DNA of 64,000 nt from an uncultured Planctomycetia bacterium (GTDB lineage: Bacteria > 4484-113 > JAGGVC01): contig CAYMAI010000001.1 in NCBI GenBank assembly GCA_964388445.1, forward strand, positions 75,429-139,428. The letters run 5' to 3'. Below, in pieces: positions 1-10,044 of this stretch. Position numbers and translations under genes: made by a program. Within the stretch, counting starts at the first letter, position 1. Each line of letters starts with the position of its first letter. The notes beneath the pieces are model-generated. The model was given only the letters and a program-made list of their open reading frames with translations, was not told the DNA's origin and searched no databases.

Positions 1-13
1 TGCTTTTGATGGC

Positions 14-562
14 ATGGCTGTTCGCTTGGAAGAAAGGTGCATTCGAATGGGTTTGATTGACGGCGTCAAAGCCGCGGAAAATAGCGTTTTGATTACATCC
101 GTTGATGCCGTCCTCAACTGGGGACGGTCGAATTCGGTCTGGCCGCTCACGATGGGCCTCGCCTGCTGCGCAATCGAAATGATTTGCACAAGCGCCGCTA
201 GGTACGACATTTCCCGGTTCGGCAGCGAAGTTTTCCGGCCCTCGCCTCGCCAGGCTGATTTGATGATTGTCGCGGGAACGGTCACGTACAAAATGGCGCT
301 TCGGGTGAAAAAGCTTTACGAGCAAATGCCCGACCCGAAGTACGTGATGGCGATGGGCAGTTGCGCGATTTCCGGCGGAATACATGGAGACAGCTATTCC
401 GTTCTTCGCGGCATAGACAAAATTATCCCCGTGGACGTGTACGTTCCCGGTTGCCCTCCGCGCCCCGAGGCGCTCTTGGACGGTCTCATATTCGTTCAAA
501 AGAAAATGCGCAGGGAAAGCATCCGGAAGGACAGCGAAGAATTCTATTTCGTGGGCAAGTAG
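14..562 (+). CDS. nuoB: NADH-quinone oxidoreductase subunit B (NuoB/PsbG-like, N2 Fe-S cluster subunit)
   Basis: Conserved NuoB motifs in the translation: [18 protein letters not shown] and VPGCPPRPE (four Cys ligands of cluster N2). A stop codon at 7-9 in another frame is consistent with the upstream gene (nuoA?) ending just inside the window. Confidence 0.9.
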   Translation: MAVRLEERCIRMGLIDGVKAAENSVLITSVDAVLNWGRSNSVWPLTMGLACCAIEMICTSAARYDISRFGSEVFRPSPRQADLMIVAGTVTYKMALRVKKLYEQMPDPKYVMAMGSCAISGGIHGDSYSVLRGIDKIIPVDVYVPGCPPRPEALLDGLIFVQKKMRRESIRKDSEEFYFVGK

Positions 563-585
563 GAGAATCAAGGACGGGTATTTAG

Positions 586-1185
586 TTGAACGAACTCGCG
601 CTTAATAAGATTGCGGAAATTATGCCCGCCGGTGCGGAGTTTAACGCGGATACGCTCACCTTGTCGCTTTCCGCCGATTTCGACCCGGAATTCTTCAGGT
701 CGCTACGCGACGATGCCGCAATCGGCCTTTCATATTTGCGCAATCTCACGGCTTACGAACGCTACGACGAACCCGGAGTGACGGTTGTTTATCACCTAAC
801 CAACCTCGACAAAAACTTTACGATTACCGTGCTTGTTCCCCTTGCCGAAAATTCGCTTGTCATTCCTTCGATAACACACATTTTCAGCGCGGCCGATTGG
901 CAGGAGCGGGAGGCGTTCGATATGTTCGGCGTGCTCTTCGACGGCCATCCCGACCTGCGCCGGATATTGATGGAAGACACCTGCGACTTTTATCCTCTGC
1001 GCAAATCTTATATGCTCGACCGCGCTATGAACATACGCGACCTAAAAGAGCGCGAAGAAGCGATGCTTGCCCAGATAATGGGCGTACCGGACAAAAAGGC
1101 AAAAGCCGCGGCCGCTCGCGCCGCTCGTGAAAAGGCCGCGGCGGCGAAAGATGGCGCGGAAAGTTCCGAAGGAGGCGAAGCGTAA
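586..1185 (+). CDS. nuoC: NADH-quinone oxidoreductase subunit C (30-kDa subunit) with K/A-rich C-terminal tail
   Basis: Position between nuoB and nuoD. The translation has the NuoC-like core (FDMFGVLFDGHPDLRRIL). An unusual lysine/alanine-rich C-terminal tail (KKAKAAAARAAREKAAAAKDG) is present. Confidence 0.8.
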   Translation: MNELALNKIAEIMPAGAEFNADTLTLSLSADFDPEFFRSLRDDAAIGLSYLRNLTAYERYDEPGVTVVYHLTNLDKNFTITVLVPLAENSLVIPSITHIFSAADWQEREAFDMFGVLFDGHPDLRRILMEDTCDFYPLRKSYMLDRAMNIRDLKEREEAMLAQIMGVPDKKAKAAAARAAREKAAAAKDGAESSEGGEA

Positions 1186-2330
1186 TGGAATTCGACAGGC
1201 TCGAAATCCTTCGCGGCAGAACCGATACGCTTCCCACGGAAGAACTGACCATCAACTTCGGCCCTCAACATCCCTCGACCCACGGCGTTTTAAGGCTTGA
1301 AGTAAGGGCCGACGGAGAAGTAATAACGAAAATCACGCCGTACCTCGGCTATTTGCATCGCGGAGTCGAGAAAAACCTCGAATCTAAGGAATACTTGCAG
1401 GGAATACCGCTTCTGGACAGGTGCGACTACCTTGCGAGCATGTTCAACAGCTACATAATGACCGCCTGCGCCGAGGAAATGGCGGAAATCGAAGCGCCAA
1501 GGCGAGCGGAGTGGATTCGCGTTATTGCGATGGAACTCAACCGCATTTCAAGCCACCTTTTATGGTGGGGAACCTTTCTTCTCGACCTTGGAGCAACTTC
1601 GCCGCTCTTTTATGCCTTTCGCGACCGCGAAGCCATTCAGGATATGCTCGAACTGATAAGCGGCGCCAGGCTGCTTTTCAACTACATCAGACCGGGCGGC
1701 GTGCGTGCGGACGTTACGCCGGAATTCATGAAAAATCTTGCCGATTTCGTCACAAGGTTTCCGCCTTACATCGACGAATACGAAGAGCTTGTCACCGGTA
1801 ATGCGATTTTCGTCGAGCGCGTTACGAACGTGGGAACGATTTCGAAAGAGCGGGCAATTAACTGGGCGCTTTCGGGTCCGATGCTTCGCGGCAGCGGAGT
1901 GAATTGGGACATCAGAATCGACGAGCCTTACAGTGCGTATCCGGAATTTCAATTCGACCGCGCTGTCGAATATGAATGCGACGTAATGGCGCGCTACAAA
2001 GTGCGTATGATGGAAATGCGCCAGAGCAACCGCATCCTTCAGCAAGCGGTCGAAGGGCTGCCGGAAGGGCCGTACACGGCGAAAGTGCCGGTTAGCGTAA
2101 AGTGTAAACAGGGAATGACGTACAGGAGAATCGAAAGTCCGCGCGGCGAACTCGGCGGATATATGGTCGTCGAAGCCGACGGCGCGAAAAAACCTTGGAG
2201 GTTTCATTTGCGCGCGCCTTCATTCGTAAATTTGGCGGCTATCGAGGAAATGAGCTTGGGATATATGATTGCCGATATGATCGCAATTCTCGGCAGCGTA
2301 GATATCGTTTTGGGGGACGTTGACCGATGA
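1185..2330 (+). CDS. nuoD: NADH-quinone oxidoreductase subunit D (49-kDa subunit)
   Basis: 381 aa with the NiFe-hydrogenase-large-subunit-like fold typical of NuoD (INFGPQHPSTHGVLRL, RGVEK, ESPRGELG). Start overlaps the nuoC stop by 1 nt. Confidence 0.9.
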   Translation: MEFDRLEILRGRTDTLPTEELTINFGPQHPSTHGVLRLEVRADGEVITKITPYLGYLHRGVEKNLESKEYLQGIPLLDRCDYLASMFNSYIMTACAEEMAEIEAPRRAEWIRVIAMELNRISSHLLWWGTFLLDLGATSPLFYAFRDREAIQDMLELISGARLLFNYIRPGGVRADVTPEFMKNLADFVTRFPPYIDEYEELVTGNAIFVERVTNVGTISKERAINWALSGPMLRGSGVNWDIRIDEPYSAYPEFQFDRAVEYECDVMARYKVRMMEMRQSNRILQQAVEGLPEGPYTAKVPVSVKCKQGMTYRRIESPRGELGGYMVVEADGAKKPWRFHLRAPSFVNLAAIEEMSLGYMIADMIAILGSVDIVLGDVDR

Positions 2331-3883
2331 AAGAAATCTACGGCGGCGCTCCCGATAACGGCATACTCGACGCATTGACGAAATGGATCTTCGATCTATT
2401 TCAGAACGCGTTGTTTAATAGATACTTCGCAAAGTTCTTAAGTGAGATAGATCCACACCTGCCGCAGGCCATTCGAGAAACTCAGGCAAAAGAACTTGCA
2501 GAAGCGGCTGTTGAAGCCTCTAGCGCTTCTAGTTGGGCTTGGGCAGGGGGGTTAACCCAGTTTATCGCCTTTCTCGTCGTGGCGATATTCATCGTCTTAA
2601 CGGTGCTTTTCGTTGTGCTGTTCGAGCGGCGCATCATCGGCTTTTTCCAACTCCGGCTCGGTCCGAATCGCGTCGGTCCTCAAGGACTTTTCCAGACTGT
2701 GGCCGATGCGCTGAAGCTGCTGCAAAAAGAAGACATAATGCCGCTCGCAGTCGAGCCGGTGGTTTACAACGTTGCTCCGTTCGTCGTGTTCGTGCCCAGC
2801 CTCGTCGCGTTCGTCGTTATACCGCTCGGCGCGGGCTACATCGGCGGCCAGCATCGCGTGTTCATCGTTCAAGACTTGAACATCGGCATAATGTATCTGC
2901 TCGCCGTGTCCAGCGTCGCGTTAATCGGATTTCTTATGGCTGGCTGGGGCAGCAACAACAAGTACGCGCTGATAAGCGCTATGCGCAACGCCGCCCAAAT
3001 AATCAGCTACGAAGTGCCGATGGTCATCGCGATTCTCGGCGTCGTACTCGTCGCCGCTTCGACTTCGATGGTCGACATCGTTCACAGCCAAACACTTATA
3101 TGGAACGTTGTACCGCAATTCGTCGGTTTCCTGATTTATATGATTTCGGGCATCGCCGAAACAAACCGCGCGCCGTTCGACCTTCCGGAAGCGGAAAGCG
3201 AACTCGTCGCCGGTTTCCATACCGAATACACGGGCATGAAATTCGCCCTGTTTTTCCTCGCGGAATATACGAACGTTTTCATTATCTGCGCGATTATGAC
3301 GACGATATTCTTGGGCGGATGGAAGGGGCCGATGTTTCTTGGGACCGGCGGCCTTTGGTTCACGAGCATTTTCTGGTTTCTGCTTAAAACTTATTCGCTC
3401 GTGTTTCTGTTCGTCTGGATTAGGGCGACTCTTCCGCGATTTCGCGTCGACCAGCTTATGGGCTTCGCGTGGAAGTTTTTGATTCCCGTTTCGGTCGTTC
3501 ATGTTCTTGTGGTTTCGCTCGGCGTCGCCTTCCACCATCCTTGGTACGTCGGCGGAGTGGGCGACATCCGGCAGCTTTTGACGCATGGCGATTTCGACTT
3601 CGGCAAGCCTAGTCCGGTGCTTCTCATAGGCGAAAAACTGCCGGAGACCGTGAACATTATTTCCGCCAACGGAGCGATTCATTTTGGCTGGATTCGAGAC
3701 CTCTATTACGCGATGACGCCGGAAATGAAAACGTTTTTCTGGGGCTACAACCTCTTTGTAGTCTTTTTCGTGGCGCTGCTCGTTTTTACGGCCGTCAAAG
3801 TAATAAACGGTTCAAAGCCGTCGAGGGCGCTCGAAGCAAAATGGACATCGGGTTCGGGAGGTGAAGCTAAAGCCAATGCTTGA
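2327..3883 (+). CDS. nuoH: NADH-quinone oxidoreductase subunit H with ~70-aa N-terminal and ~115-aa C-terminal extensions
   Basis: NuoH core motifs ERRIIGFFQLRLGPNRVGPQGLFQ, APFDLPEAESELVAGFHTEY and RATLPRFRVDQLM. At 518 aa it is far longer than the ~330 aa of typical NuoH. The C-terminal extension carries an extra predicted transmembrane helix, with no in-frame stop. Confidence 0.85.
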   Translation: MKEIYGGAPDNGILDALTKWIFDLFQNALFNRYFAKFLSEIDPHLPQAIRETQAKELAEAAVEASSASSWAWAGGLTQFIAFLVVAIFIVLTVLFVVLFERRIIGFFQLRLGPNRVGPQGLFQTVADALKLLQKEDIMPLAVEPVVYNVAPFVVFVPSLVAFVVIPLGAGYIGGQHRVFIVQDLNIGIMYLLAVSSVALIGFLMAGWGSNNKYALISAMRNAAQIISYEVPMVIAILGVVLVAASTSMVDIVHSQTLIWNVVPQFVGFLIYMISGIAETNRAPFDLPEAESELVAGFHTEYTGMKFALFFLAEYTNVFIICAIMTTIFLGGWKGPMFLGTGGLWFTSIFWFLLKTYSLVFLFVWIRATLPRFRVDQLMGFAWKFLIPVSVVHVLVVSLGVAFHHPWYVGGVGDIRQLLTHGDFDFGKPSPVLLIGEKLPETVNIISANGAIHFGWIRDLYYAMTPEMKTFFWGYNLFVVFFVALLVFTAVKVINGSKPSRALEAKWTSGSGGEAKANA

Positions 3884-4907
3884 GGACCACGATCACAACT
3901 CCGAATATGAAATGCCGGAACACCACGAGCGTCATAAGGTCTCGCTCGGCAGAGAAATTCTCGACAGATTCGACCCGACTTCTTCGCACGAGGACGTTTT
4001 GCCGTCCACGCGCGGCATGATTATCGCGGTTTCGATACTTGTCGCTTTTTTCTGGATTCTTTATGCCGGAATGGCCGTCTTTTACTTCAACGTGCTCGAC
4101 GAAGGAAAGAAAAACGCGGGCCTTCTCGTTCTTACGCTTCCGCCGATAATTTTCCTGGCGGTTTTCTACCTCGCCGTTAGCTGGTATCTTGCCGGCGAGT
4201 TTGCAAAGTGGAATTCGTGGGGCAGGGCGAATCCGCTATTTGCCAAGCTCTATTGGGTAACGGCGTTTGTCTTTTTGGGTATCGTATTTTTCGATCCGGC
4301 TAACAAACTTCACGACATGATGAGCAATCTTCCCCTCATCGGTAACATCAATTCCGGCGCGCTTGCGCTCCGAATGGTAATCGCGCTTCTCGCCGTTTCG
4401 CTTCTTTGGGATAATTTGGTTTACGCGATCGAAAGAAGCTGGTATTGGGTTTCCCGCTGGCACAACCAAATCACATCGATATTCCTCGGAATGAAGATAA
4501 CCGGCGTGCATTTCGCCAGAACGAAAATCACCGAGCAATATCCCGAAGAGCGCGTCGACATTTCGCCGATATTCAGGGGCCGTCACTTTCTGGCTTTCGA
4601 CGAGCACGGCGAGCATCTATGCATTTCCTGCAAGGCCTGCGAGAAAATCTGCCCCGACCGGCTGATTGCCATCGAATCGGTTCGAAATCCCGAAACTCGC
4701 AAACTTGTTTTGACCGGTTTCATTCTCGACAATTCAAGATGCAGTTTCTGCGGACTATGCGAGGACGTTTGCCCGACCGGCGCCATCCGCCATTCATCCG
4801 AATACGCTTATTCCAGTCCCACGCGCGACGGGCTCGTGCTGGATATCCTCGGCGACTACATTGAAAAAACGAAATCCCTTCGGGGCGAAAGCGGGGAGGA
4901 GAAGTGA
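3861..4907 (+). CDS. nuoI: NADH-quinone oxidoreductase subunit I (2x[4Fe-4S] ferredoxin) fused to an N-terminal ~190-aa four-helix membrane domain
   Basis: C-terminal half has both ferredoxin CxxCxxCxxxCP motifs (CISCKACEKICP, CSFCGLCEDVCP) and a NuoI-like lead-in (ITEQYPEERV). The N-terminal half has a His-rich start followed by four hydrophobic helices, in the same frame with no stop. Confidence 0.8.
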   Translation: MKLKPMLEDHDHNSEYEMPEHHERHKVSLGREILDRFDPTSSHEDVLPSTRGMIIAVSILVAFFWILYAGMAVFYFNVLDEGKKNAGLLVLTLPPIIFLAVFYLAVSWYLAGEFAKWNSWGRANPLFAKLYWVTAFVFLGIVFFDPANKLHDMMSNLPLIGNINSGALALRMVIALLAVSLLWDNLVYAIERSWYWVSRWHNQITSIFLGMKITGVHFARTKITEQYPEERVDISPIFRGRHFLAFDEHGEHLCISCKACEKICPDRLIAIESVRNPETRKLVLTGFILDNSRCSFCGLCEDVCPTGAIRHSSEYAYSSPTRDGLVLDILGDYIEKTKSLRGESGEEK

Positions 4908-5452
4908 GTCAGGGCGATTGGATTACGCTTTACTTTTATCTTTTTTCCGCGCTAATGATTTTCGGTGCCGTCGGCGTCGTCGCGCTTAGGAATATTTTCC
5001 ACAGCGCGCTCGCAATGACCGTCAGCCTTTTCGCGGTAGCTGGCCTTTTCGTGCTGCTTAACGCGGAGTTTTTGGCAGCCGTGCAAGTCATCATTTACGT
5101 CGGCGCCATTATGGTTCTCATCATATTCGCCATACTCGTTTCCACTAGAATAATGCGGCGGAACATAGTTCAAACCAACGCCTACGTCGTCCCTGCGGCT
5201 ATCGCCTCCCTGGCCTTTTTCGCCGTAACGGTATGGGTGCTTTCCGTCACCATTTTCGTAGAGCAGGGGCAGGTTCCGAATTACCCGCTCTGGTTCGCGA
5301 ACGTCCAGCAAAAGATGGATAATACGACCATCGTCGGCTGGTCGCTCGCCGCAACCTACGTGCTTCCATTCATCGTTATCTCGATACTTCTTTTAATGGC
5401 GCTCATCGGAGCGGTTGTATTGGCTCAGAAATCGGAGGACGACAAGTTTTGA
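4904..5452 (+). CDS. nuoJ: NADH-quinone oxidoreductase subunit J
   Basis: 182-aa polytopic membrane protein with NuoJ-like [17 protein letters not shown] segment. Position in the operon and a 4-nt overlap with the upstream gene. Confidence 0.75.
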   Translation: MSQGDWITLYFYLFSALMIFGAVGVVALRNIFHSALAMTVSLFAVAGLFVLLNAEFLAAVQVIIYVGAIMVLIIFAILVSTRIMRRNIVQTNAYVVPAAIASLAFFAVTVWVLSVTIFVEQGQVPNYPLWFANVQQKMDNTTIVGWSLAATYVLPFIVISILLLMALIGAVVLAQKSEDDKF

Positions 5453-6093
5453 TTGCCGAAGGCGGAGCATATTATCTGGGCAATTGGTTCAACGCTGCGG
5501 CCTATTCGCTTGCGGGCAACATTATGCTTTCGCTCGTTGTCCTCGTTTCGCTTGCGATTTGGCAGTTCGCATTCTTAAGAATAATTTCGGCATTTCTCGA
5601 CGCTCGCACGAAAAAACTCGGCGCGCAGGCCGCGTCATACGCCGCGATAATCCTCTACGGGCTATGGGCGCTTTCGCTGTTTGCAGGCATAGCTCTTCTG
5701 GCTTCGATTTGGACGTGGCTTGCTCCCGCGGCCGCAATTATTTGGAACGTTAGCATTCACCACTATCTGTTTATGGCGGCTCTGCTTTTCGCCATAGGAT
5801 TTTTCGGCGTCATCGTCAGGCGCAATGCAATCAGCATACTTATGTGCCTCGAGCTTATGCTAAACGCCGTCAATCTGAATTTTGTTGCTTTCAATCAAGT
5901 TTGGGGGCTGCATATTACGCGCGCGGCGTTCACTTCGAATGAAGACGTGCTAAGCCCGGTCGGGCAGATTTTTACAGTTTTCGTAATCATTATCGCGGCG
6001 GCCGAAGCGGCGGTCGGGCTAGCGATAATTCTCGCGTTATACCGCCGCCGTGAAAGCGTCATGGTCGAGGACGCCGACGTGTTAAGGTGGTAG
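5449..6093 (+). CDS. nuoK: NADH-quinone oxidoreductase subunit K with ~105-aa N-terminal three-helix extension (TTG start)
   Basis: C-terminal ~100 aa match NuoK ([25 protein letters not shown] ... [19 protein letters not shown]). The protein is 214 aa against ~100 aa typical. The start as called is a TTG overlapping the nuoJ stop. Confidence 0.75.
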   Translation: MIAEGGAYYLGNWFNAAAYSLAGNIMLSLVVLVSLAIWQFAFLRIISAFLDARTKKLGAQAASYAAIILYGLWALSLFAGIALLASIWTWLAPAAAIIWNVSIHHYLFMAALLFAIGFFGVIVRRNAISILMCLELMLNAVNLNFVAFNQVWGLHITRAAFTSNEDVLSPVGQIFTVFVIIIAAAEAAVGLAIILALYRRRESVMVEDADVLRW

Positions 6094-6106
6094 AAGGAGA
6101 GGCGAA

Positions 6107-8356
6107 TTGGACTACTTCATAGAACGTGCGATTTTTATACCGATTCTTCCATTCATCGGGTTCGTCCTCATCACCTTTTTCTCCCGCCGGCTTAAAGACA
6201 AATGGAGCGGCAATCTATCCGCAGCTCTAACCGGAATCGCCGCATTTCTCGGCTTGATGGTCTTTATCGGCATGCTGGGCAAGCCTGCCGGATACGTGTA
6301 CGAAGACAAATTCGAGCTTTTCGACCTATCGCCGAAAATTGAATCCAGCCAACATTCCGGCGTTTCGCCGTCGCACCAAGTAAAATCCGCCGTACTCGCC
6401 GAAGAAAGCCACGGCAGCGCACATGGCGAAGGTCACCCTTCTGAATCGATAAGTTTAAGTGCCAATTTCGACAAACCTCTAACGGTTCTGACCTATGGAG
6501 TGCGCATAGACAAGATGGCGGCAATGATGCTGCTGATGGTTTCGCTCGCGTGCTTCATGATTCACCTTTACAGCGTCGGATATATGCGCGGCGACAAGCA
6601 CTTTCCGCGATTTCACGCTTTCATATGCCTGTTTTCCACGGCAATGCTGGGCCTTGTTGTAACCAGTTCGCTTCTTTTCATGTACTTTTTCTGGGAAATA
6701 ATGGGGCTTTGTTCCTACCTGTTAATCGGCTTCTGGTACACGAAGAAAAGCGTAATGGACGCGTGTAAAAAGGCGTTCATAACCACCCGTATCGGCGACG
6801 TCGGTTTCTTTCTCGGCATTGTAATGACGTTTATGCTGGTAGGCAGTTTCGATTTTACCGAAATCTGGCACGCGTTTCCTATCGGCGCGAGCGCGTCGGG
6901 CATGCCGCTATCCCCTTGGATTACCGCCGCGGGGCTGTGCTTGTTTATGGGTACGATAGGCAAGAGCGCGCAATTCCCGCTGCAGGTTTGGCTGCCGGAC
7001 GCGATGGAGGGCCCGACGCCCGTCAGCGCAATGATACATGCCGCGACTATGGTCAGCGCCGGCGTATATATGCTCGGCCGAGTGTTTCCGGTCGTTCAGG
7101 CGAGCGACACCACGCTATTGATTGTCGCCGCGGTCGGCGGGTTTACGGCGCTCATCGCCGCGCTTCTCGGCACCGTCATGAACGACATCAAAAAGGTGCT
7201 TGCATATTCCACCATCAGCCAGCTTGGGTATATGGTTCTTGGCCTTGGCGCTGCCGGTTGGGTTGGCGCGATGTTCCACCTTATTACGCACGCGTTTTTC
7301 AAGGCCTGCCTTTTCCTCGGAAGCGGTTCTGTCATTGTCGGCTGTCACCACCAGCAGGATATGCGCTATATGGGCGCGCTTAAAAAGTACATGCCCATAA
7401 CATATGCCACTTTCGCCATGGCGACGGCGGCATTGATTGCGCTCCCATTCACTTCCGGCTGGTTCAGCAAGGACGAAATCCTCGTCAGCGTTTTCCACCG
7501 TGCGTCCGCCGGATATCCGGTTTACTACCTGCTTTTCGCTTTCGGCGTTATCGCGGCGTTTTTGACGGCGTTCTACATGACGCGCCTATTCGCGATGACT
7601 TTCCTCGGCGATAAATATCGGGGCGACGAGGCTCCTCACGACGAACATCACGACGAGCACCATGCTCCGAAAGGCGCTCTGCCCAAAGAAAGCCCGCTCA
7701 ACATGACCATTCCGCTGATGGTTCTCGGCACACTCGGTTTGCTTTGGGGTCTAACCGGAATTCCGAAAATAAATCCTTGGTATCAGCTATTCGTCCAGGA
7801 CGGCTTGTTCGCCCATCCCCACGCACCGGAATTCGATTTCTTCGTGCTAATTCTCTCTACGGTTGCCGGTCTTGCCGGTCTCGCGGTGGGATGGATGATT
7901 TTCGTGAACAAGTCGAAGGCGTTTGCCGGCATCGGCGCCAATTTCCAGTGGCTCAAGACGATGCTCGAAAACAAGTACTACATGGATCATTTCTACACCG
8001 GAATGCTTTCGCCGCTTTTCGTCCGCAGCGTCGAAGACACCAAACTTTCGCTCGCTCGCATTTTCCACCTCTTCGACCAGTATGTAATCGACTTTCTCGT
8101 GAATGCCGTTGCGGCGCTAACGCGGTTTTTCGCCATATTGTCGGGCTGGTTCGACAGGACTATCGTTGACGGCCTCGTCAACGCCGCCGGCTACATGTGG
8201 CTCATAATCAACTGGGTTATTCGCAGGGTTCAAAGCGGATACATCCAAACCTACTTGTTCGTCATCGTCGTTTCGCTCGCCCTCGGGCTTACGCTGGGCA
8301 TTTTCGTTTTCGAGGATGAATTCAAATACTGGTTCACCAACATCCCCAAGTATTAG
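6107..8356 (+). CDS. nuoL: NADH-quinone oxidoreductase subunit L (antiporter-like) with ~60-aa insertion after TM1
   Basis: NuoL signature WLPDAMEGPTPVSAMIHAATMVSAGVYML. 749 aa against ~610-650 typical. There is a hydrophilic, His/Ser-rich insertion near the N-terminus and the expected long C-terminal segment. Confidence 0.9.
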   Translation: MDYFIERAIFIPILPFIGFVLITFFSRRLKDKWSGNLSAALTGIAAFLGLMVFIGMLGKPAGYVYEDKFELFDLSPKIESSQHSGVSPSHQVKSAVLAEESHGSAHGEGHPSESISLSANFDKPLTVLTYGVRIDKMAAMMLLMVSLACFMIHLYSVGYMRGDKHFPRFHAFICLFSTAMLGLVVTSSLLFMYFFWEIMGLCSYLLIGFWYTKKSVMDACKKAFITTRIGDVGFFLGIVMTFMLVGSFDFTEIWHAFPIGASASGMPLSPWITAAGLCLFMGTIGKSAQFPLQVWLPDAMEGPTPVSAMIHAATMVSAGVYMLGRVFPVVQASDTTLLIVAAVGGFTALIAALLGTVMNDIKKVLAYSTISQLGYMVLGLGAAGWVGAMFHLITHAFFKACLFLGSGSVIVGCHHQQDMRYMGALKKYMPITYATFAMATAALIALPFTSGWFSKDEILVSVFHRASAGYPVYYLLFAFGVIAAFLTAFYMTRLFAMTFLGDKYRGDEAPHDEHHDEHHAPKGALPKESPLNMTIPLMVLGTLGLLWGLTGIPKINPWYQLFVQDGLFAHPHAPEFDFFVLILSTVAGLAGLAVGWMIFVNKSKAFAGIGANFQWLKTMLENKYYMDHFYTGMLSPLFVRSVEDTKLSLARIFHLFDQYVIDFLVNAVAALTRFFAILSGWFDRTIVDGLVNAAGYMWLIINWVIRRVQSGYIQTYLFVIVVSLALGLTLGIFVFEDEFKYWFTNIPKY

Positions 8357-8372
8357 TCATGGAGTATAGGAT

Positions 8373-9965
8373 ATGGATAGTGTGATTGTGTCAAACGAAG
8401 GGTTCATAGCGGCCCTCACTCTGTTCTTCCAGAATCCGCTCAATCAGGCGATTTTCCTGCCGCTTTTCGGCGCAATCGCTATTTTGTTCTTTCCGAAGGA
8501 CAATCCGAAACTGATTAAAGGGTTCTCGCTCGCTATCGGCATAGTCACATTTCTTCTTACCGTCCTCATTCTCCCGCGTTTTTCGCCCGCGCTTTCCGAA
8601 GGCGTTTTCAACTTCCAATTCAAGGTCGAGTGGATTCCGATGCTCCGCGTTCACTATTTCATAGGCGTGGACGGCCTGTCGCTTCCGCTCTTTATTTTGA
8701 CCAGCTTCGTATGCCTAATGGCGCTTGTCGGCAGCTTCTCGATTAAGTTCCGCGAGAAGGAATATTTCGTTTTATTCCTTATTCTCGAATTCGCCATGCT
8801 CGGCGTATTCTGCGCTCTCGACTATTTCCTCTTCTACATTTTCTGGGAAATAATGCTCGTCCCGATGTACTTCCTGATCGCCATTTGGGGCGGTCCCAGA
8901 AAGGAATACGCCGCAATCAAGTTCTTCCTGTACACGCTATTCGGAAGCGTGTTCATGCTTGTCTGCATTATCGCGATGTATTGGTATGCGGGCACGGGCA
9001 CGTGGGATATGACCGAAATCGCTCTAAGTCCTGGCCTGTTCATGGTCGGCGAGCTTCCGAGAACGCTTTTGTTTATCGGCCTTCTTCTCGGCTTTGCGAT
9101 TAAGGTTCCAATGTTTCCGTTCCATACGTGGCTTCCCGACGCACACGTCGAAGCGCCAACCGCAATCAGCGTCATTCTTGCCGGCGTTCTTTTGAAAATG
9201 GGTACATACGGCTTCCTCAGAATCGCATATCCGACGTTTCCGGATATCGCAAGAAGCCTCGGGCCGTTCATTGCCGTTCTTTCGATAATCGCCATAATAT
9301 ACGGCGCGCTTGTCGCAATGGCACAGGCGGACCTGAAAAAGCTGATTGCATACAGCTCGGTTTCGCATATGGGGTATATGACGCTCGGAATTGCGGTAAT
9401 GAATCCCGACGGAATTAACGGCGCAATTATGCAAATGTGCGCGCACGGGCTGAGTACGGGCGCTCTCTTCCTTCTTGTCGGCGTAATTTACGACAGGGCT
9501 CATACACGACAAATCGCCGACCTTGGCGGCCTGTACAATCAAATGCCGCAATATACCGGAATGATGAGCATCGCCGCGTTTGCGTCCCTCGGTCTTCCGG
9601 GCCTCGTCGGTTTCTGGGGCGAATTCCTGATACTCAAAGGAGCGTTCCAGGCGCCTGAAGAGTTTTGGGCAAGTCTCGCCGTTCCGCTATTCGGAAACGG
9701 GCTTGTTTTCTTCCGGTGGATGGCAGTAATCGCGGCAATCGGGATGATACTGACGGCAGGCTATCTGCTATGGATGATAGAGCGAGTCTTCCTTGGTAAA
9801 GCGAAGGAAAAATGGAATTCGCTTAAGGACATGACCGTACGGGAATGGTGGAGTCTAGCTCCGATGGCAGTTCTCATGATTGCGCTTGGGGTCTATCCCA
9901 AGCCGCTGATGGACATGTTCGCAACGTTTTCATCGTACATGTCGATTTACCTGCTCGGCGCCTAA
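8373..9965 (+). CDS. nuoM: NADH-quinone oxidoreductase subunit M (antiporter-like)
   Basis: NuoM signature WLPDAHVEAPTAISVILAGVLLKMGTYGFLR. 530 aa. It is the last gene of the operon on this strand, and no nuoN follows. Confidence 0.9.
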   Translation: MDSVIVSNEGFIAALTLFFQNPLNQAIFLPLFGAIAILFFPKDNPKLIKGFSLAIGIVTFLLTVLILPRFSPALSEGVFNFQFKVEWIPMLRVHYFIGVDGLSLPLFILTSFVCLMALVGSFSIKFREKEYFVLFLILEFAMLGVFCALDYFLFYIFWEIMLVPMYFLIAIWGGPRKEYAAIKFFLYTLFGSVFMLVCIIAMYWYAGTGTWDMTEIALSPGLFMVGELPRTLLFIGLLLGFAIKVPMFPFHTWLPDAHVEAPTAISVILAGVLLKMGTYGFLRIAYPTFPDIARSLGPFIAVLSIIAIIYGALVAMAQADLKKLIAYSSVSHMGYMTLGIAVMNPDGINGAIMQMCAHGLSTGALFLLVGVIYDRAHTRQIADLGGLYNQMPQYTGMMSIAAFASLGLPGLVGFWGEFLILKGAFQAPEEFWASLAVPLFGNGLVFFRWMAVIAAIGMILTAGYLLWMIERVFLGKAKEKWNSLKDMTVREWWSLAPMAVLMIALGVYPKPLMDMFATFSSYMSIYLLGA

Positions 9966-10044
9966 CCGAAACGCGCGCATTATCGCCGATTTTGCGCCGC
10001 GGCTTGCCCGACGAACGCCTGCGGAAAGGTTCCGTTTTACTTGG

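Noticed and set aside
2533-3387. 284-aa Arg-rich ORF in an alternative frame inside nuoH (also 2921-3682 on the minus strand)
   Set aside because: Overlaps a gene with unmistakable NuoH motifs. The translation is Arg/His-rich nonsense typical of off-frame reading of GC-rich coding DNA.
9966-10044. Possible bidirectional terminator between convergent nuoM and the CAP gene
   Set aside because: I could not find a convincing GC stem with a U tract in the 79-nt gap. Only weak, imperfect inverted repeats are present.
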